Below, in pieces: positions 24,323 to 37,590 of a DNA stretch of 64,000 nucleotides (position 1 is its first letter; the number at the start of each line of letters is the position of its first letter). Position numbers and translations under genes: made by a program. Origin of the DNA: Octopus vulgaris (lineage: Eukaryota); assembly GCA_951406725.2 (NCBI GenBank), contig OX597814.1, positions 202,740,001 through 202,804,000 of the forward strand. The letters are read 5' to 3'. The notes under the pieces are model-generated. The model was not told where the DNA came from. It did not search any database and worked only from the letters and a program-made list of their open reading frames with translations.

Positions 24323-26469
24323 GTGACTTGTACTTTATTTTTATCAACCGCAAAAGGATGAAAGACACAGTTGACTTCAGTGAGATTTGAACTCAGAACA
24401 TTAAAAAGTTTAAGTTGAACATAAAATATGTATTGGCCTCATCTGTTTAGGATACACTGCAAAGACCATAGCTACTTCACTTTCTCACTGCCAAAATAAA
24501 TTAAATCAAAAACAAGAGTGAACAGAACTGTAGGTAATCAAATATTAACCATTAAACAAATTTTTAGTCTGAAATTTTCAGAGATTTTATTGAGAAGTTT
24601 ACCAAACATGTTGGCTCCAGCTGAAGAAAATTGGTTAGCATTCTATTCCCTGTGTCCTCTGTTGATATAGGAATGAATATTATTATATCAGTAAGTGGAA
24701 TTGACTGAAACTCACCAAGACAGACAACACTGTTTACTATTCTACTGTCGCCAGAATTTGTATTAAAAAATTTCCATACAAACATGCAAAAATATTTCTG
24801 CTGCACAAAGTTTTCAATATTTTCAGTGAATTGCAATAATTAATTTTAGAAAATAAGATAGAATTTATGATAATATTTAGCTTTGAAAAAAAAAATTGAA
24901 AAAAAATGTTCCTTTTTGTTGGAATTTTTTTGCTAGTGTTAAGAAACATTGTCCTAAACAGGACCGTGTAATAGTATCTGATATAGACAAACTAGTTATC
25001 TAATATAGAATGGAGACTTTTGGCCTCCAGAGACACGGAAATTCTGATGGAATCAAGTAGATGTTTTCCATGATAAATTCATTTTTTGTAATTGTCTTTG
25101 ATTTTGTTTTTGCTGATAAACTAATTATTGTAAGTTTGTGTGACGTTTAATTAGACACATCAATCATATATCACAACTTATTGTAAACCAGGAAGATGTT
25201 AGGTGTGTCTGGCTAGGAGCTGTGAGTCTGGCTGGGGAAGGATTTTTCAATAATGTTACACACCGTGGAAATGTGGAGTATGCAGTGATGGGAATTGTAT
25301 GCTTGGTGTGTTTGTATGGATCGGGATGTGAAGAGGATGAAACATGTTTGGTACTGGTGCAGTTCTCTTCTTCAGTAGTAAGGTAGAACTAAAAGGCAAT
25401 AAAAGAACTACTAGTGAGGGACAATCATCATCATCGTCATCATCATTTTAACATCTACTTTCTCATGCTCATGTAGGCTGGATGGAATTTGTTGTGGTGG
25501 ATTTTCCAAGGCCAGTTGTCCTTTTTGTTGCTAACGCTCACCTATTTCCAAGTAAGGTAATACTTCACTGTGAGCAGACATATTTTGAGGGAAAATTAAC
25601 TGCTATTTCTAGTAGATGGAGGAACCATGTAGAGGTCATTTTATTGGCTTCTTAATCAGTTAGTGTTGGTAGATGCTGCACATAATGACTAGTGTATCTT
25701 ATCTGTATCATTGTCATCTGTTACAAGATCTGAAGAGCCCCCCCCCCCCTCCACTGCCAAACTGATTCACAAACTTTTCAAAGTAGTCAAGAGAGTTTTA
25801 GGAAAGTTAGTTGAGAATGGGAGGTCACTTAAATACAGTCTGTATATGTGTCACAAAAACCAAAGACAATTACTAATGAAGTGCATAGCTAAAAATTAAA
25901 TCACCCACTTCACTTCATTTCCTTCCTTCTCTTTTAGAAAGATCTCGTAAATGCTCTCTCTCTACCCAGTAGTCTGGTGGACGTAAAATGTAAAGTAGAT
26001 TGGGTGTAAATGGAGCTTGTGATATTGTTATAGCAAGATTAGTTTTAGCAGAAACTTCTGTGAAGAATTTCAAGTACAGCTAGGGTTAATTCTTCGGCTT
26101 ACTCCTCCTATTCATTAGAATGCTTAATTCTATTATGCAAGATTACAAAACGATGAAGACGGGATGTCTTGGGGGATTACCCAATTCACATGGTTGATAA
26201 TCTGATTCGTGGAGCTGAATCTGTCAAGCATTTAAAACATGATTTGCATTGCATCTATAATGCACACACACACACACACACACATGCACTGCAACATGCT
26301 CAACTATGACCATGTCACGTCTTTACAATGGCATCCACATAATTTCCTTTCATAATGGAAAGCACCAGTGAATTAAGAATGTCGAGGCTGTGGTTTATAC
26401 CTATCCCTATGTCTTTCTTTCTCTTCTTCTTTATATAGGTGTGTGTGTGTGTATCTGCCAGAGACCTTT

Positions 26470-27050
26470 CATGATATGCTGTGCTTGAGAAGAAGACTCG
26501 TCAAGCCAAGTGAAATCATAGTTGAGGCTGTTGCCAGTGTCATGTAAATGGGGCCTGTGCCAGTGGCATGTAAAAAGCACCCATTACACCCTTGGAATGG
26601 TTGGCATTACAAAGAACATCCAGCCATAAAAACCATCCCAAATCAGGCTGGACCCTGGTGCAGCTCTCTGGCTTACCAGTTCCAGTCAAACAGTCTAACC
26701 CATGCCAACATGGAAAGCAGACAGTAAATGATGATGGCAATGATGTGCATATATATGTGTGTATATATATCTATATATGTGTGTGTGTATATATATATAT
26801 ATTTATATCATCATTTAACGTCCGTTTTCTATGCTAGCATGGGTTGGATGGTTCGACCGGGGTCTGGGAAGCCAGGAGGCTGCACCGGGCTCCAGTCTGA
26901 TCTGGCAGTGTTACTACAGCTGGATGCCCTTCCTAACGCCAACCACTCCATGAGTGTAGTGGGTGCCTTTTACATGCCACCTGCACAGGGGCCAGAGGAG
27001 GATTGGTTGGTGCTTTTTATGTGCAGAAGCCAGTCAAGGCAGCGCTGGCA
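26470..27050. mobile_element. Two family C SINEs tail-to-tail (26470-26745 +, 26808-27050 -)
   Basis: (GAT)n and (CAT)n tails separated by a (TA/TG)n tract. Confidence 0.8.
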
Positions 27051-27195
27051 TATATGTATATATATATATAAATAGTTAATCAAATATGTCCTTTGAAAAT
27101 AAAGTGTACAGGATTTCAGATAAATGCTCTTCATATGAGAAATGACTAAAGCCTTAAAGGTATTTAGAGATTCAATTAGAGTGATTACATATTCA

Positions 27196-27509
27196 AGAGT
27201 AAAAGTAGGAAAAATTATATCCTAAAAATCACAGTAGAGATACATCCATTATATAAACAATATTGTATTAATAAATAAATGTATAAAGCATAACTATGAT
27301 CATTTAAAAAGTTTTGAGAAATCTTACGATCATTTCATGAATATATTACTTTTTGAAAGTATATTCATAAAATGATCGTAAGATTTCTCAAAACATTTTA
27401 AATGATCATAGTTATGCTTTATATATTTATTTATTAATACAATATTGTTTATATTATGGACGTTTCTCTACTGTGACTTCTTTGATATAATTTTTGCTAC
27501 TTTTACTCT
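27196..27509. repeat. Long near-perfect palindrome (~155-bp arms, loop of a few nt)
   Basis: Left arm AAAGCATAACTATGATCATTTAAAA...TTTTGAGAAATCTTACGATCATTT is mirrored in the right arm; centre at ~27354. Confidence 0.95.
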
Positions 27510-27513
27510 CTGA

Positions 27514-27576
27514 TGTGTGTGAGTGTGTATGTATATGTGTCTGTGTGTGTGTGTATATATATGTATATATATATAT

Positions 27577-27607
<31 letters not shown>

Positions 27608-27649
27608 CACACACATATATACACACACATATATATATATATATATATA
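27514..27649. repeat. Compound (TG)/(TA)/(GATA)/(CA) microsatellite
   Basis: Direct reading. Confidence 0.9.
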
Positions 27650-28457
27650 CAGAGCTGGGCATAAGTCCGTTAATCATTAATGAACAAAGTTAACATTTTC
27701 CTTAACAATTTAAATTTTAACTTAACTTTGAAAATCATTATCAGACTAATTAACTTCTCTTACATTTAGCTTCCTTTAACTCAAGTCCATTAACTCATAC
27801 ATTTCAATAAAACCAGTAAACGTTCAAAAGTTTCTATTGTTTTCAGATTGTCTTATCATATTTAATATTGTACACGTCATTCTTTCAATCCCGATATAAT
27901 GCCACTTATTATAAATAACTTGTAGGACCTCGTTTGGCCCTGCCTGAATTTGAAACCAAATCCACCCACTTGTTGCTTGCAAAGACAGCAGGAAATTTCT
28001 TTGTGCTGTCAATAGGAAACAGTGATTGATGTGTTTCCACTCGATCCGTGACCTCGCTGTGTCATGGAGAGTTCAAATGGTCAGCAAATAACCTACATCA
28101 GTATAAGCTGTGCTTATAATGGTATATCCATCTTTCTAACTGGAATTCAATTATTATAAATGCCAATACTCTGTAAGTGAGAAATCAGAGAGAATCTTGA
28201 CTGCCATACTGTGAATGATTCTTGACTGCGGCTCAAGGCAGACAACTATAGCAGCCAGAACTGGCTTTTCTTTCAGAAAGCATAGAACTGGGAGAAAATT
28301 AACTGAGGTGGATGTCAACAGAGAAAATATTGACTTCCATAAAGTAGAAAAAATAAATGGAAGGGAAAAAGTTGGTAAATATTTCAGTGTGAATGCAAAT
28401 AGCTGTTACATGGTAGCAGGGCATGCTAGAAATATATATATAATAGCACCATCCAAA

Positions 28458-28672
28458 TGTGGTCGATGCCAGCCCCCTTACCCCGACTGGCTCCTGTGCT
28501 GTGACACGTAAAAAGCACCCATTACACTCTCAGAGTGGTTAGCATTAGGAAGGCATCCAGCTATAGAAACACTGCCAGATCAGACTGGAGCCTGGTGCAG
28601 CCTCCTGGCTTCCCAGACCCCAGTCAAATCGTCCAACCCATACCAGCATGGAAAACAGACATTAAATGATGA

Positions 28673-28675
<3 letters not shown>
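28458..28675 (+). mobile_element. SINE family C, one internal unit
   Basis: Consensus body plus (GAT)n tail. Confidence 0.85.
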
Positions 28676-28713
<38 letters not shown>

Positions 28714-28928
28714 TGATATATTTGTATGTCTCTCACACATTCTCTCTCTCTCTCTCCTCTTCTCTCTCTCTCTATTAAAATACTTATTTAAACGTGTAAT
28801 AACCGAAATTCCCCAAAGAAAATTTTTAAGTTATAAATTTAATTCAATTCATAGAAATAAATCAGGCTTTACTCATCAGCAAAGAGAGTTAATGTACTTC
28901 ATTTTACTCCAGTATGTAAATATTAGCA

Positions 28929-29027
28929 AGTTATCTACACATGCTAGTTACAATCTAGGCTCTTTATTTATTATCTACACTCCTTAGTTATTATCTAGAC
29001 ACTTTAGTTATTATCTACACTCTTTAG
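28929..29027. repeat. Minisatellite, 20-bp unit x5
   Basis: Consensus TTATTATCTACACTCTTTAG. Confidence 0.85.
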
Positions 29028-29605
29028 CAATGGTTGCATACTCTCTGTTCTAATTAATTTGATAAATTTCTTCAGATAACTACAGTTTGTTATCTTTTCA
29101 TACAATTTATAATTATTGATTATTCAGCTTGAATAATTCAGTATTCCCTATTGATTTATTTTCTAATTATGGATTTTTAATTATTAATCTCATTACAGTT
29201 TTCTTTCAGATAATATTGATAATTGTATAAAAGTTATAGCCAGCCGAATTGATAAAGTGTCGCTAATATGATATTTAATTCTCATTGGCTTACTCCACTT
29301 AGCTATATAAAGTTACTGTGGATGAGTTACAGAGGGAACTTCGTTGTTATTGCCCCATTTGCTGGAAACAACCACCAAACATCCCTCAAATCACACTCTA
29401 CTGTCTTTAGAAAGGAGCAAACACATTAACTGACTGGCATTCTTTTGGTTACACAATAGGGGTTTCAGTTTGTCTGATCAGTGGAACAGCCTACTCATGG
29501 CTGCAAACTCACTAATTTTTCAATAGATTACTCCTGCTCATTAGCATATAAGAGCCCCTAAAGTTAACTAATCCTTAAAGCTTTTGTCAGAACAGGCATG
29601 GATGT

Positions 29606-29870
29606 CATCATCATCATCATCATTTAGCGTCCGTTTTCCATGCTAGCATGGGTTGGACGGTTCAACTGGGGTGATTTTATGTGCCACCGACACAGGTGCC
29701 AGACGAGGCTGGCGAACGGCCACGCTCGGATGGTGTTTTTATGTGCCACTGACACAGGTGCCAGACGAGGCTGGCAGACGACCACGCTCGGATGGTGTTT
29801 TTATGTGCCACCGACACAGGTGCCAGATGAGGCTGGCGGACGGCCACGATCGGATGGTGTTTGTTACGTC
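29606..29870 (-). mobile_element. Young family C copy with the body deleted and the 62-bp units retained
   Basis: Near-identical reverse complement of 19541-19720; jumps from GTTCAACTGGGG to GGTGATTTTATGTGCC. Confidence 0.9.
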
Positions 29871-31250
29871 CCCAAAGCACGCATCTATTTTGATTTGTTT
29901 TGATTTGATTTGATTTGATGTGGTTTAGAAATTTGCTTGATGGACAAATGTCTTCTATCATAGCCTTGAGTTGGTCACTCCGTGTCCTGGTTGGTAGATG
30001 AAAATGAGAAGCTTGACAGAAGCACCATTTCTGCTGTTGGAATGATGAACTTAATCCAATGTCCAATTTAATATGACCACCTATTCCACTGATTCCTTTT
30101 GGTGGAGTCCATTTTGTTACAGTCATTTGGTTCCCAGTCTCTGATCTAGAGATAACTTCCCCTTCCCCGCCCCTTCCCTTTGGAGTCCTTGAAAAGGTCA
30201 TGGATGCTGTTGTTTCTTCCTTGACTAAATCCCTTAAAATAAAAACTTAAAACAAAACACAACCCCTAACGTTGGTCGTTGTTTCTCAATTACAGTAGCC
30301 AACAAGAGTGCCTCTATGTGGTTGCTTGATCTGCTAAAAATGGCAGCTAAATTATCTCCAAATCAAACTGTACCAGCTTAATTAAAGAAGGACATAGTGG
30401 ATAATGTTGTTTTAAACACATAGATGGAAGAAAAACAGAGGTAGGATGCTTCTGAGCACAGGGTTTCAAAATTAGAACTGAGCTAAGTTTCAACTATTAC
30501 AACATATCTATAACTCTTGGTGTCCACCACACTACTTTGTCCAACCCATGCAAGCTTGAAAAAATGTACATTAAAATGATGACGAGTAGGAATTTGCCTT
30601 TTATGAATAACACAATTGCTATTACCAATTGTCATCTTATTCATTTCTTTGAGGGATAATTTTTATTTTTAATCATTCTTTGTTCAATAACAATAGTTTA
30701 TCATATCTAACAGACTTTCATTAATGAAAGTTCGTTAAGCATGTACAACATATTTAATATATTGAATTTCGTGGGGGTGGGGGGGCTTTTTGTTTTTGCC
30801 TTTTTTTTTTTTTTTTTTTTTGCATAGTTAATTTTGGAGAACACAATGAAATTCATTATGGATTTTAGAGCTTAAAAATACGGATTTTCCCTTATACATT
30901 CCTTTTTCTTTTTCTCTGCAATGAAATTAGTTTTGTTATAAATATTCATTCAGAATGTGTTGTTGTATTTGCAAATAGAAATGGAACAATATCGCATCAT
31001 ATGTTCATTGTAACATTGTTCTATAAACTCACTGAAAAACACAACTGAGGCACTCGAACGTTACAACTTGCTCAGTTTATTTTTAATGAATTACATGGTT
31101 ATTGTCTGACAACTTAAATAAGAATTACAAGATGTTCTCTTTCTCAGGAGCCTCTCATTCTTTATATATCAAATAGAGAAAATCTAATAATTTCCCAAGT
31201 AAAATTTAGTTGCTTAATATAAAAGTACATCTGTTTTGTGTTGAAATTTT

Positions 31251-31475
31251 TACCCTTCTGTTATCATATTTCTGTTGAAATATGATTCCTTTGTTTCAAA
31301 TAATTTCGAAAACAATCAAGAATTTATCAAGATAATTTTGTCATTAAACTGGTGTTTGGATCATAAAACCTTTGATCAAAGCTTCATATTAATTTAATTT
31401 AGATTACTTTGAAACAAAAAGTTTGTTTGATTGAGCCAGGGATAGTTCTTGGCAAGTTGTTATCAAAACAGTTAA
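31251..31475. mobile_element. piggyBac-like MITE (family G2)
   Basis: Inverted paralog at 45927-46143 and a partial copy at 42055-42200; degenerate TTAA-CCC termini. Confidence 0.55.
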
Positions 31476-32612
31476 TAAACTTTATGTTCATGTAGAAATA
31501 TATTTCACATGTATTGTCCTATCATGAAGGTGTCTATGCTAGTGGTTAGAATATTGGGCTCATAATCAAGCTGTTATGGTTTCAATTCTTGGACTGGTCA
31601 ACTGATTTTGTCTTTCAGCAAGGAACTTCACATCACATTGCTCTAGTTTACGTGACTGTAAATAAGTAGCAGATGAGTGCTGATGCACTGCTCTCTCTCT
31701 CTCTATCTCTCTTCCTTTTTTTTTCTGTCTGTCACATCCTGAAGATGCTTCTGAGTCAAAACACCTGAAAAGGTGTTTATTTGTGCTGACAACTATCCAG
31801 GCACCTAAACCATAGGTGCAAATATGGAACATGTGGCCAAACCATTCTCATTGGTAATTGTAATAAATAACTATACCCCCTTTATTGTATAACCCAAAAG
31901 TCAACATTAATTGGCACAGGTGTGGCTGTGTGGTAAGAAGTTCGCTTCCTTCCTGCGCATGCGTTGGTCAGTGTTTTCTTTGCACTGCTAGGAGTCACAT
32001 CACTGTATGCCAATGTCATGCATTATTGAAAAAGTGAAGCACAACTACAAGGTAAGACATTTGTCTTTTGGGGTTTCAGTGGGATTTGTTGCTCGTGTTT
32101 ATTTATTTTTGTCAAACAAGAAATCTCCACTGAGTTCCATGCATTTGTCTGCCTGTTTTTGTGTTTAAAGTCTCACTTAGCAGTGAGAAGTGTGTTTTGG
32201 GGGTGTATCCCTCCGCCTATAATTGTGCTTATTTTTTACCATTTTTGTGTGACTGTTTTGTGCCCTTACCAAAAGGGTTACCGAGTTGGCCAGGAGTACC
32301 AGGATAACCAGAATAGTTTGTTGTATTCTTGAACTGTTTCTTGTCTTCTTTCTTCTTTCCTGCACTTCTTTTTTTGTTTTTGAACTCCGTGAACTTTTGT
32401 TTCTTATGAACTTTAAAAAAAAAAAGACATGGCAAAGAAGACAAACAACACTGCGTTGGAGTGGGAGATTGTCCCACCCAAACAGTAGATGGAAGACTTT
32501 GAAGAGAGGACGGTGGTGTTAAGGACTTACTCAAAGTCACTTGATACCATCAAAAGAGCTGGTAGAGTATTTGCCAACTATTAAATTCATCTCCAGGGGT
32601 GTCAAATATGCA

Positions 32613-33272
32613 ACAGGAGTGGCTGTGTAGTAAGAAGCCTGTTTCTCAACCACATGTTCCTGGGTTCAGTCCCACTGCGGCACCATGGGCAAGTGTCTTA
32701 TACTATAGCCTTGAGCTGACCAAAGCTTTGTGAGTGGATTTGGTAGTCAGAAACTGAAAGAAGCCCATTGTATATGTGTGTGTGTATATATATATATATA
32801 CATATATATGGGGTAGGGTCTGTGTTTGTCCCCCAACTACCACTTGACAACCGATGCTGGTGTGTTTATGTCCCTGTAACTTAGCGGTTTGACAAAAGAC
32901 ACTGATAGAATAAGTACTAGGCTTACAAAGAATAAGTCCTGTGATTGATTCATTCAACTAAAGGTGGTGCTCCAGCATGGCTGCAGTCAAATGACTGAAA
33001 CAAGTAAAAGAATATATATATATATATACACATATATATATATATATATCTGTTCAGGTGCCTTTGTGTCTGTTTTTCTCCTACCACTGCTCGACAACCA
33101 GAGTTGGTGTGTTTATGTCCCCATCACTTAGCAGTTCGATAAAAGAGACTAATAAGATAAGTACCAAACTTTAAAAAAAAATTAGTATTGATGTTAATTC
33201 ATTCAACTAAAATTCTTCAAAGCAGTGCTCCAGCATGGCCGCACTCCAATGACTGAAACAAGTAAAAGATAA
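32613..33272 (+). mobile_element. SINE family B plus a second B 3' half in tandem
   Basis: Full copy at 32613-33012, (TA)n, then a tail copy at 33050-33272. Confidence 0.85.
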
Positions 33273-33707
33273 ACGACAAACGAATGATTTTATTATAAAT
33301 CATACGATGTTTCTTATTCCATGTTTATAAATTAGAACTTGCTTGTTTAATTTTATCTGAGCAGTAAAGATTCCACGTTCTTGATTAAATTTGAATTATT
33401 TAACATATTGAAATCAAAGAATAATTAAGTGTACCAGCATGAAGAGAATTACATGTTATAAATATGTGCATGTAAAGGTAAACACAATGTTATTTGTTGG
33501 CTTTTTTTTTTTTCTTTTTACTTGATGCTGCGTATACATTTGTTTACATTTGTCAAAGTTTCACAAAAAATAAATTAGGTTTACCTGAATACACATTTAA
33601 AAACTTTCATATACACTGTTTACGGCAATCATAATTAATTTAATAAAAGTAATATGGGAATTACGTTTTTTTAGCTGGAAATTAATATAAATATACACAT
33701 TCACATA

Positions 33708-34330
33708 ACTGGCACTCCATCAGTTATAATGATGAGGGATCTAGTTGATCCAATCCAGAGAACAGCCTCCTCATGAAATTAGCATTGCACTCCACTGAAA
33801 CACGTACTGGTATTGGAGTTCTCAGGGAGATTCAGTGTGACACAGGATGTGAAAAAGCTGGTATTCTGAATTACATGTGGAGGCACATGACTTAGTGGTT
33901 AGAGCAGCAGACTCGCGGTTGAGGGATCTCGGGTTTGAATCCCAGACCAGGCAATGTGTGTGTTTATGAGCAAAACACCTAAGCTCCACACAGCTCCAGC
34001 AGAAGGCAATGGCAAACTTCTGCTCACTCTTTCGCCACAACTTTCTCACACTCTTTCCTCCTGCATCTTGCAGCTCACCTGCAATGGAACTGCGTCCCAT
34101 CCAGGTGGGGAACCTATATGCCAAGGAAACTAGGAAACTGGCTCTATGAGCCAGGTGTGGCTCGAGAAGGAACAAACAAACTGAATTACAGGTACAACAC
34201 ATTTATGCTACCTGAGTGGACTGGAGCACCATGAAATAAAGTGTCTTGCTCAAGGACTGCCAGGAACAGAACTCACAACCTCATGATTGTAAGCTGAATA
34301 CCCTAATCATTAAAGCATATACCTTCACCA
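33708..34330 (-). mobile_element. SINE family E interrupted by a family D copy
   Basis: E tail at 33708-33875, E head at 34181-34330. Confidence 0.75.
33876..34180 (+). mobile_element. SINE family D with V-domain-like block and 10-bp TSD
   Basis: TSD CTGAATTACA at 33866-33875 and 34181-34190; ATGGAACTGCGTCCCATCCAGG block; (AACA)n tail. Confidence 0.88.
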
Positions 34331-35335
34331 ATCAATTTCCCCATCGTAAATTATTACAAGCATATACATTCACATAACTGGCTCTCCATCAGTTACAATG
34401 ACAGGGGTTCCAGTTGATCCAATCAACAGAACAGCTTGCTCTTGTAATTTACATGCACTCCACAGATATGCACACACACACATTTGGCTTCATATATTAT
34501 TGCGAACCTATTTAAGCTGGCATGTGATCCTCCAAAAAGCAACACATACCCAATTAACTATAGTTACCACACCAAAGCAATAGCATATGAATGGAAGTCA
34601 GCTCTGAAAGCAAGAAGAGAAGAGACATCAAAAAAATATATTAGAATGGCCAAAGGACAATTCAAAAGAAGTTGCTATCCACATCACCACATTAAGGCAT
34701 TAAAAAAAAGTCTGCAGTTACATTGAAATACATCGTGTCTACTGAAAGAGAACACAGAGAGTACAATTGTGTGGAGAAATAAAGAAATATAGTAGGCCGT
34801 ACATCAGTTGAATGAAAAGATGCACTACAGGGATAATATATACAATATTGCAACTTACAAAAGCTTCTGTCTATTTGAGCTGCTGCTCAGAATAATTTTG
34901 GTCCATGCAGACATTTCTTCAAGTTTTTGCTGAAGTGCTGGCATCCCACAAATCCTCAAGACTAATCAGTTATTTCATACTTTTCATCCTAGGACCCTAT
35001 TATTTCCGATAAACTACAAGATAATTGTATTTTGTAATTTATGTATAATTCTTAATGTTTTATATGCATGCTCGTGTATCAGTAGTATGATATTATTCTT
35101 ACTTTTAACTGAAAAAAAAGAAAGAAAACTGGAATGCACCGGACATATAGATGCAACTTATACATAAATACAGTGTGTGTGTGTGTGTATGTGTGTAGTT
35201 TAGTTACAGGTTTCATGAGAATCTAGGTGTATCAACATGTAAGATGTCAAGATTGGCTAGGTGTCATAGCATTGAGTGAACAGTAAGTAAAGAACAATCA
35301 TTAGGTGTCATGTGTTGGTAATGTACTGCAGGTGT

Positions 35336-35870
35336 TCTTTTATTCTTTTACTTGTTTCAGTCATTTTACTGTGGCCATACTGGAGCACTGCCTTTAGTAG
35401 ATCAAATCAATCCCAGGACTTTTTCTTTGTAAGCCTAGAACTTATTCTATTGGTCTCTTTTACTGAACCGTTAGGCTACAGGGACACAAACACACCAGCA
35501 TCGGTTGTCAAGTGATCTTGGTGGGGACAAACACAGACTCAGAAACATATACATACATATCATCATCATCATTGTTTAACTTCCGCTTTTCATGCTGGTA
35601 TAGGTTGGACAGTTTGACTGAGGGCTGGCAAACCAGAAGGCTGCACTAGGTTCCAGTCCGATCCAGCAAAGTTTCTACTGCTGGATGCCCTTCCTAACGC
35701 CAACCACTCCGAGATATATATACATACACAATGGGCTTCTTTCAGTTTCTGTCTGCCAAATCCACTCACAAGGCTTTGGTCAGCCCGAGGCTATAGAAGA
35801 CACTTGCCTAAGATTCCATGCAGTGGGACTGAACCCGGAACCATGTGGTTGGTAAGCAAGCTACTTACCT
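35336..35870 (-). mobile_element. SINE family B with a family C fragment (35560-35713) inserted in its internal microsatellite
   Basis: B consensus on both sides of the C fragment. Confidence 0.85.
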
Positions 35871-36019
35871 GTATATAAATAGGTACAAAATCCAACATAA
35901 ACTGTAAGATCTGATTTGGAGTTGGTTCCAGGTGTGGCATAAGTATAAAAGAAGAATACAAATTAGGTTTAAAATTTACAAATAGGATTTTAAATGTTAA
36001 ATCTTATTTGTGTTCTTTG

Positions 36020-36062
<43 letters not shown>

Positions 36063-36064
36063 TA

Positions 36065-36413
36065 CAGAGTAGTACCACGGTTTTCAAACAACTCTGATTG
36101 TGAATAAATCGTGCTTTATATCATCATCATCATCATCGTTTAACGTCCGTTCTCCATGCTAGCATGGGTTGGACGGTTCGACCATGGATCTGGGAAGCCA
36201 GAAGGCTGCACCAGGCTCCGGTCTTATCTGGCAATGTTTCTACAGCTGGATGCCCTTCCTAACGCCAACCACTCCGTGAGTGTAGTGGGTGCTTTTTACG
36301 TGCCACCTGCACGGAAGCCAGTCGAGGTGGCACTGGCTTTGGCCACGATTCGGATGGTGCTTTTTACGTATCTCCAGTCCAGGGGTCCTGGCATCTGCCG
36401 GGTGCCAGTCATA

Positions 36414-36456
<43 letters not shown>

Positions 36457-36603
36457 GAGAGAGAGAGAGAGAAACCATGATTTATTTGTGATCAGAAGCA
36501 TTCATAAACCAAGGTACTACTGTATTAAATGAATATGAGAAAGATAGGAGATAAAGTATGATTTTTTCGTGCTCAGAGTTGTTCGAAAACCAAGGTTCTA
36601 CTG
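36065..36603. mobile_element. pogo/Tigger-like MITE interrupted by a family C SINE (36120-36415)
   Basis: GTAGTACCACGGTTTTCAAACAACTCTGA versus TCAGAGTTGTTCGAAAACCAAGGTTCTACTG-TA; an extra right-end copy at ~36490-36523. Confidence 0.6.
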
Positions 36604-36606
36604 TAT

Positions 36607-36880
36607 ATCATCATCACCTTTTAACGTCCACTTTCCATGCTGGTATAGGTTGGACAGTTTGACTGAGGACTGGCAAGCCAGAAGGCTGAACCAGGCTCCA
36701 ATCCAGCAAAGTTTCTACAGCTGGATGTTCTTCCTAACGACAACCACTCCGAGAGTGTAGCGGGTGCTTTTTACATGCCATCGATACGAGGGCCAGTCAG
36801 GTGGTACTGGCATTGACCACACTTGACTGGTACCTTTTATGTGCCATCAAGCACAGGAGCTAGTCAGGTGGCACTGATTA
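36607..36880 (-). mobile_element. SINE family C
   Basis: Consensus body and two units. Confidence 0.8.
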
Positions 36881-37203
36881 CATGTCATTTTATTTGATTT
36901 CATATAACAAATAGCACTCAAATAACACTTTATTCTAAAGCATGAGTATGTTGAGTTCTGACACTAGGTTACTAGTATTGTTATGACGAAGTTATACTAA
37001 TAATAATTTTGGTCAAATGGTTTGATTTTGAGCTGTCCCTTTTCAATCTTATTTTTAGCATTTATAATCTTTAATTACTTTATCGTTTACAATCCTTAAT
37101 TACTTTATTCTTGAAAACTTAAAATTTTTCACTGTAGTTACTTCTTTACATTGAATTTATTTCCTTTACTTTACTATTGTTAGATATAAAGTATAATATA
37201 CTG

Positions 37204-37590
37204 TGGAGGTGCATTGGCCCAGTGGTTAGGGCAGTGGACTCAAAGCCATGGGATCATGGTTTTGATTCCCAGACCAGGCGTTGTGAGTGTTTATTGAGCA
37301 AAAACACCTAAAACTCCATGAGGCTCCGCCAGGGATTTGTGGCAAAACCTGCTGTACTATTTCACAACTTTCTCTCACTCTTTCTTCCTATTTCTGTTGT
37401 ACCTGTATTTCAAAGGGTCAACCTTGTCACACACTGTGTCATGCTGAAACCCCCCTCAAGAACTACGTTAAGGGTACACGTGTCTTTGGAGCACTCAGCC
37501 ACTTACACGTTAATTTCACGAGCAGGCTGTTCCATTGATTGGATCAACTGGAACCCTCGTCATTGCAACCGATGGAGTGCCACAACAGAA
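37204..37590 (+). mobile_element. SINE family E
   Basis: TGGCCCAGTGG A-box, GGTTTTGATTCC B-box; aligns with 46165-46550. Confidence 0.85.

Noticed and set aside
27650-28080. Possible Tc1-like element starting TA-CAGAGCTGGGC
   Set aside because: No matching right TIR or convincing transposase motif found
29677-30201. Longest ORF (174 aa)
   Set aside because: The C-terminal half is SINE repeat and microsatellite; the N-terminal part has no recognisable domain or splice support
30820-30840. Seed-like matches to conserved miRNAs (miR-153 here; miR-7 at ~32490; miR-10 at ~57368)
   Set aside because: Only 8-9 nt match, with no mature sequence or precursor hairpin
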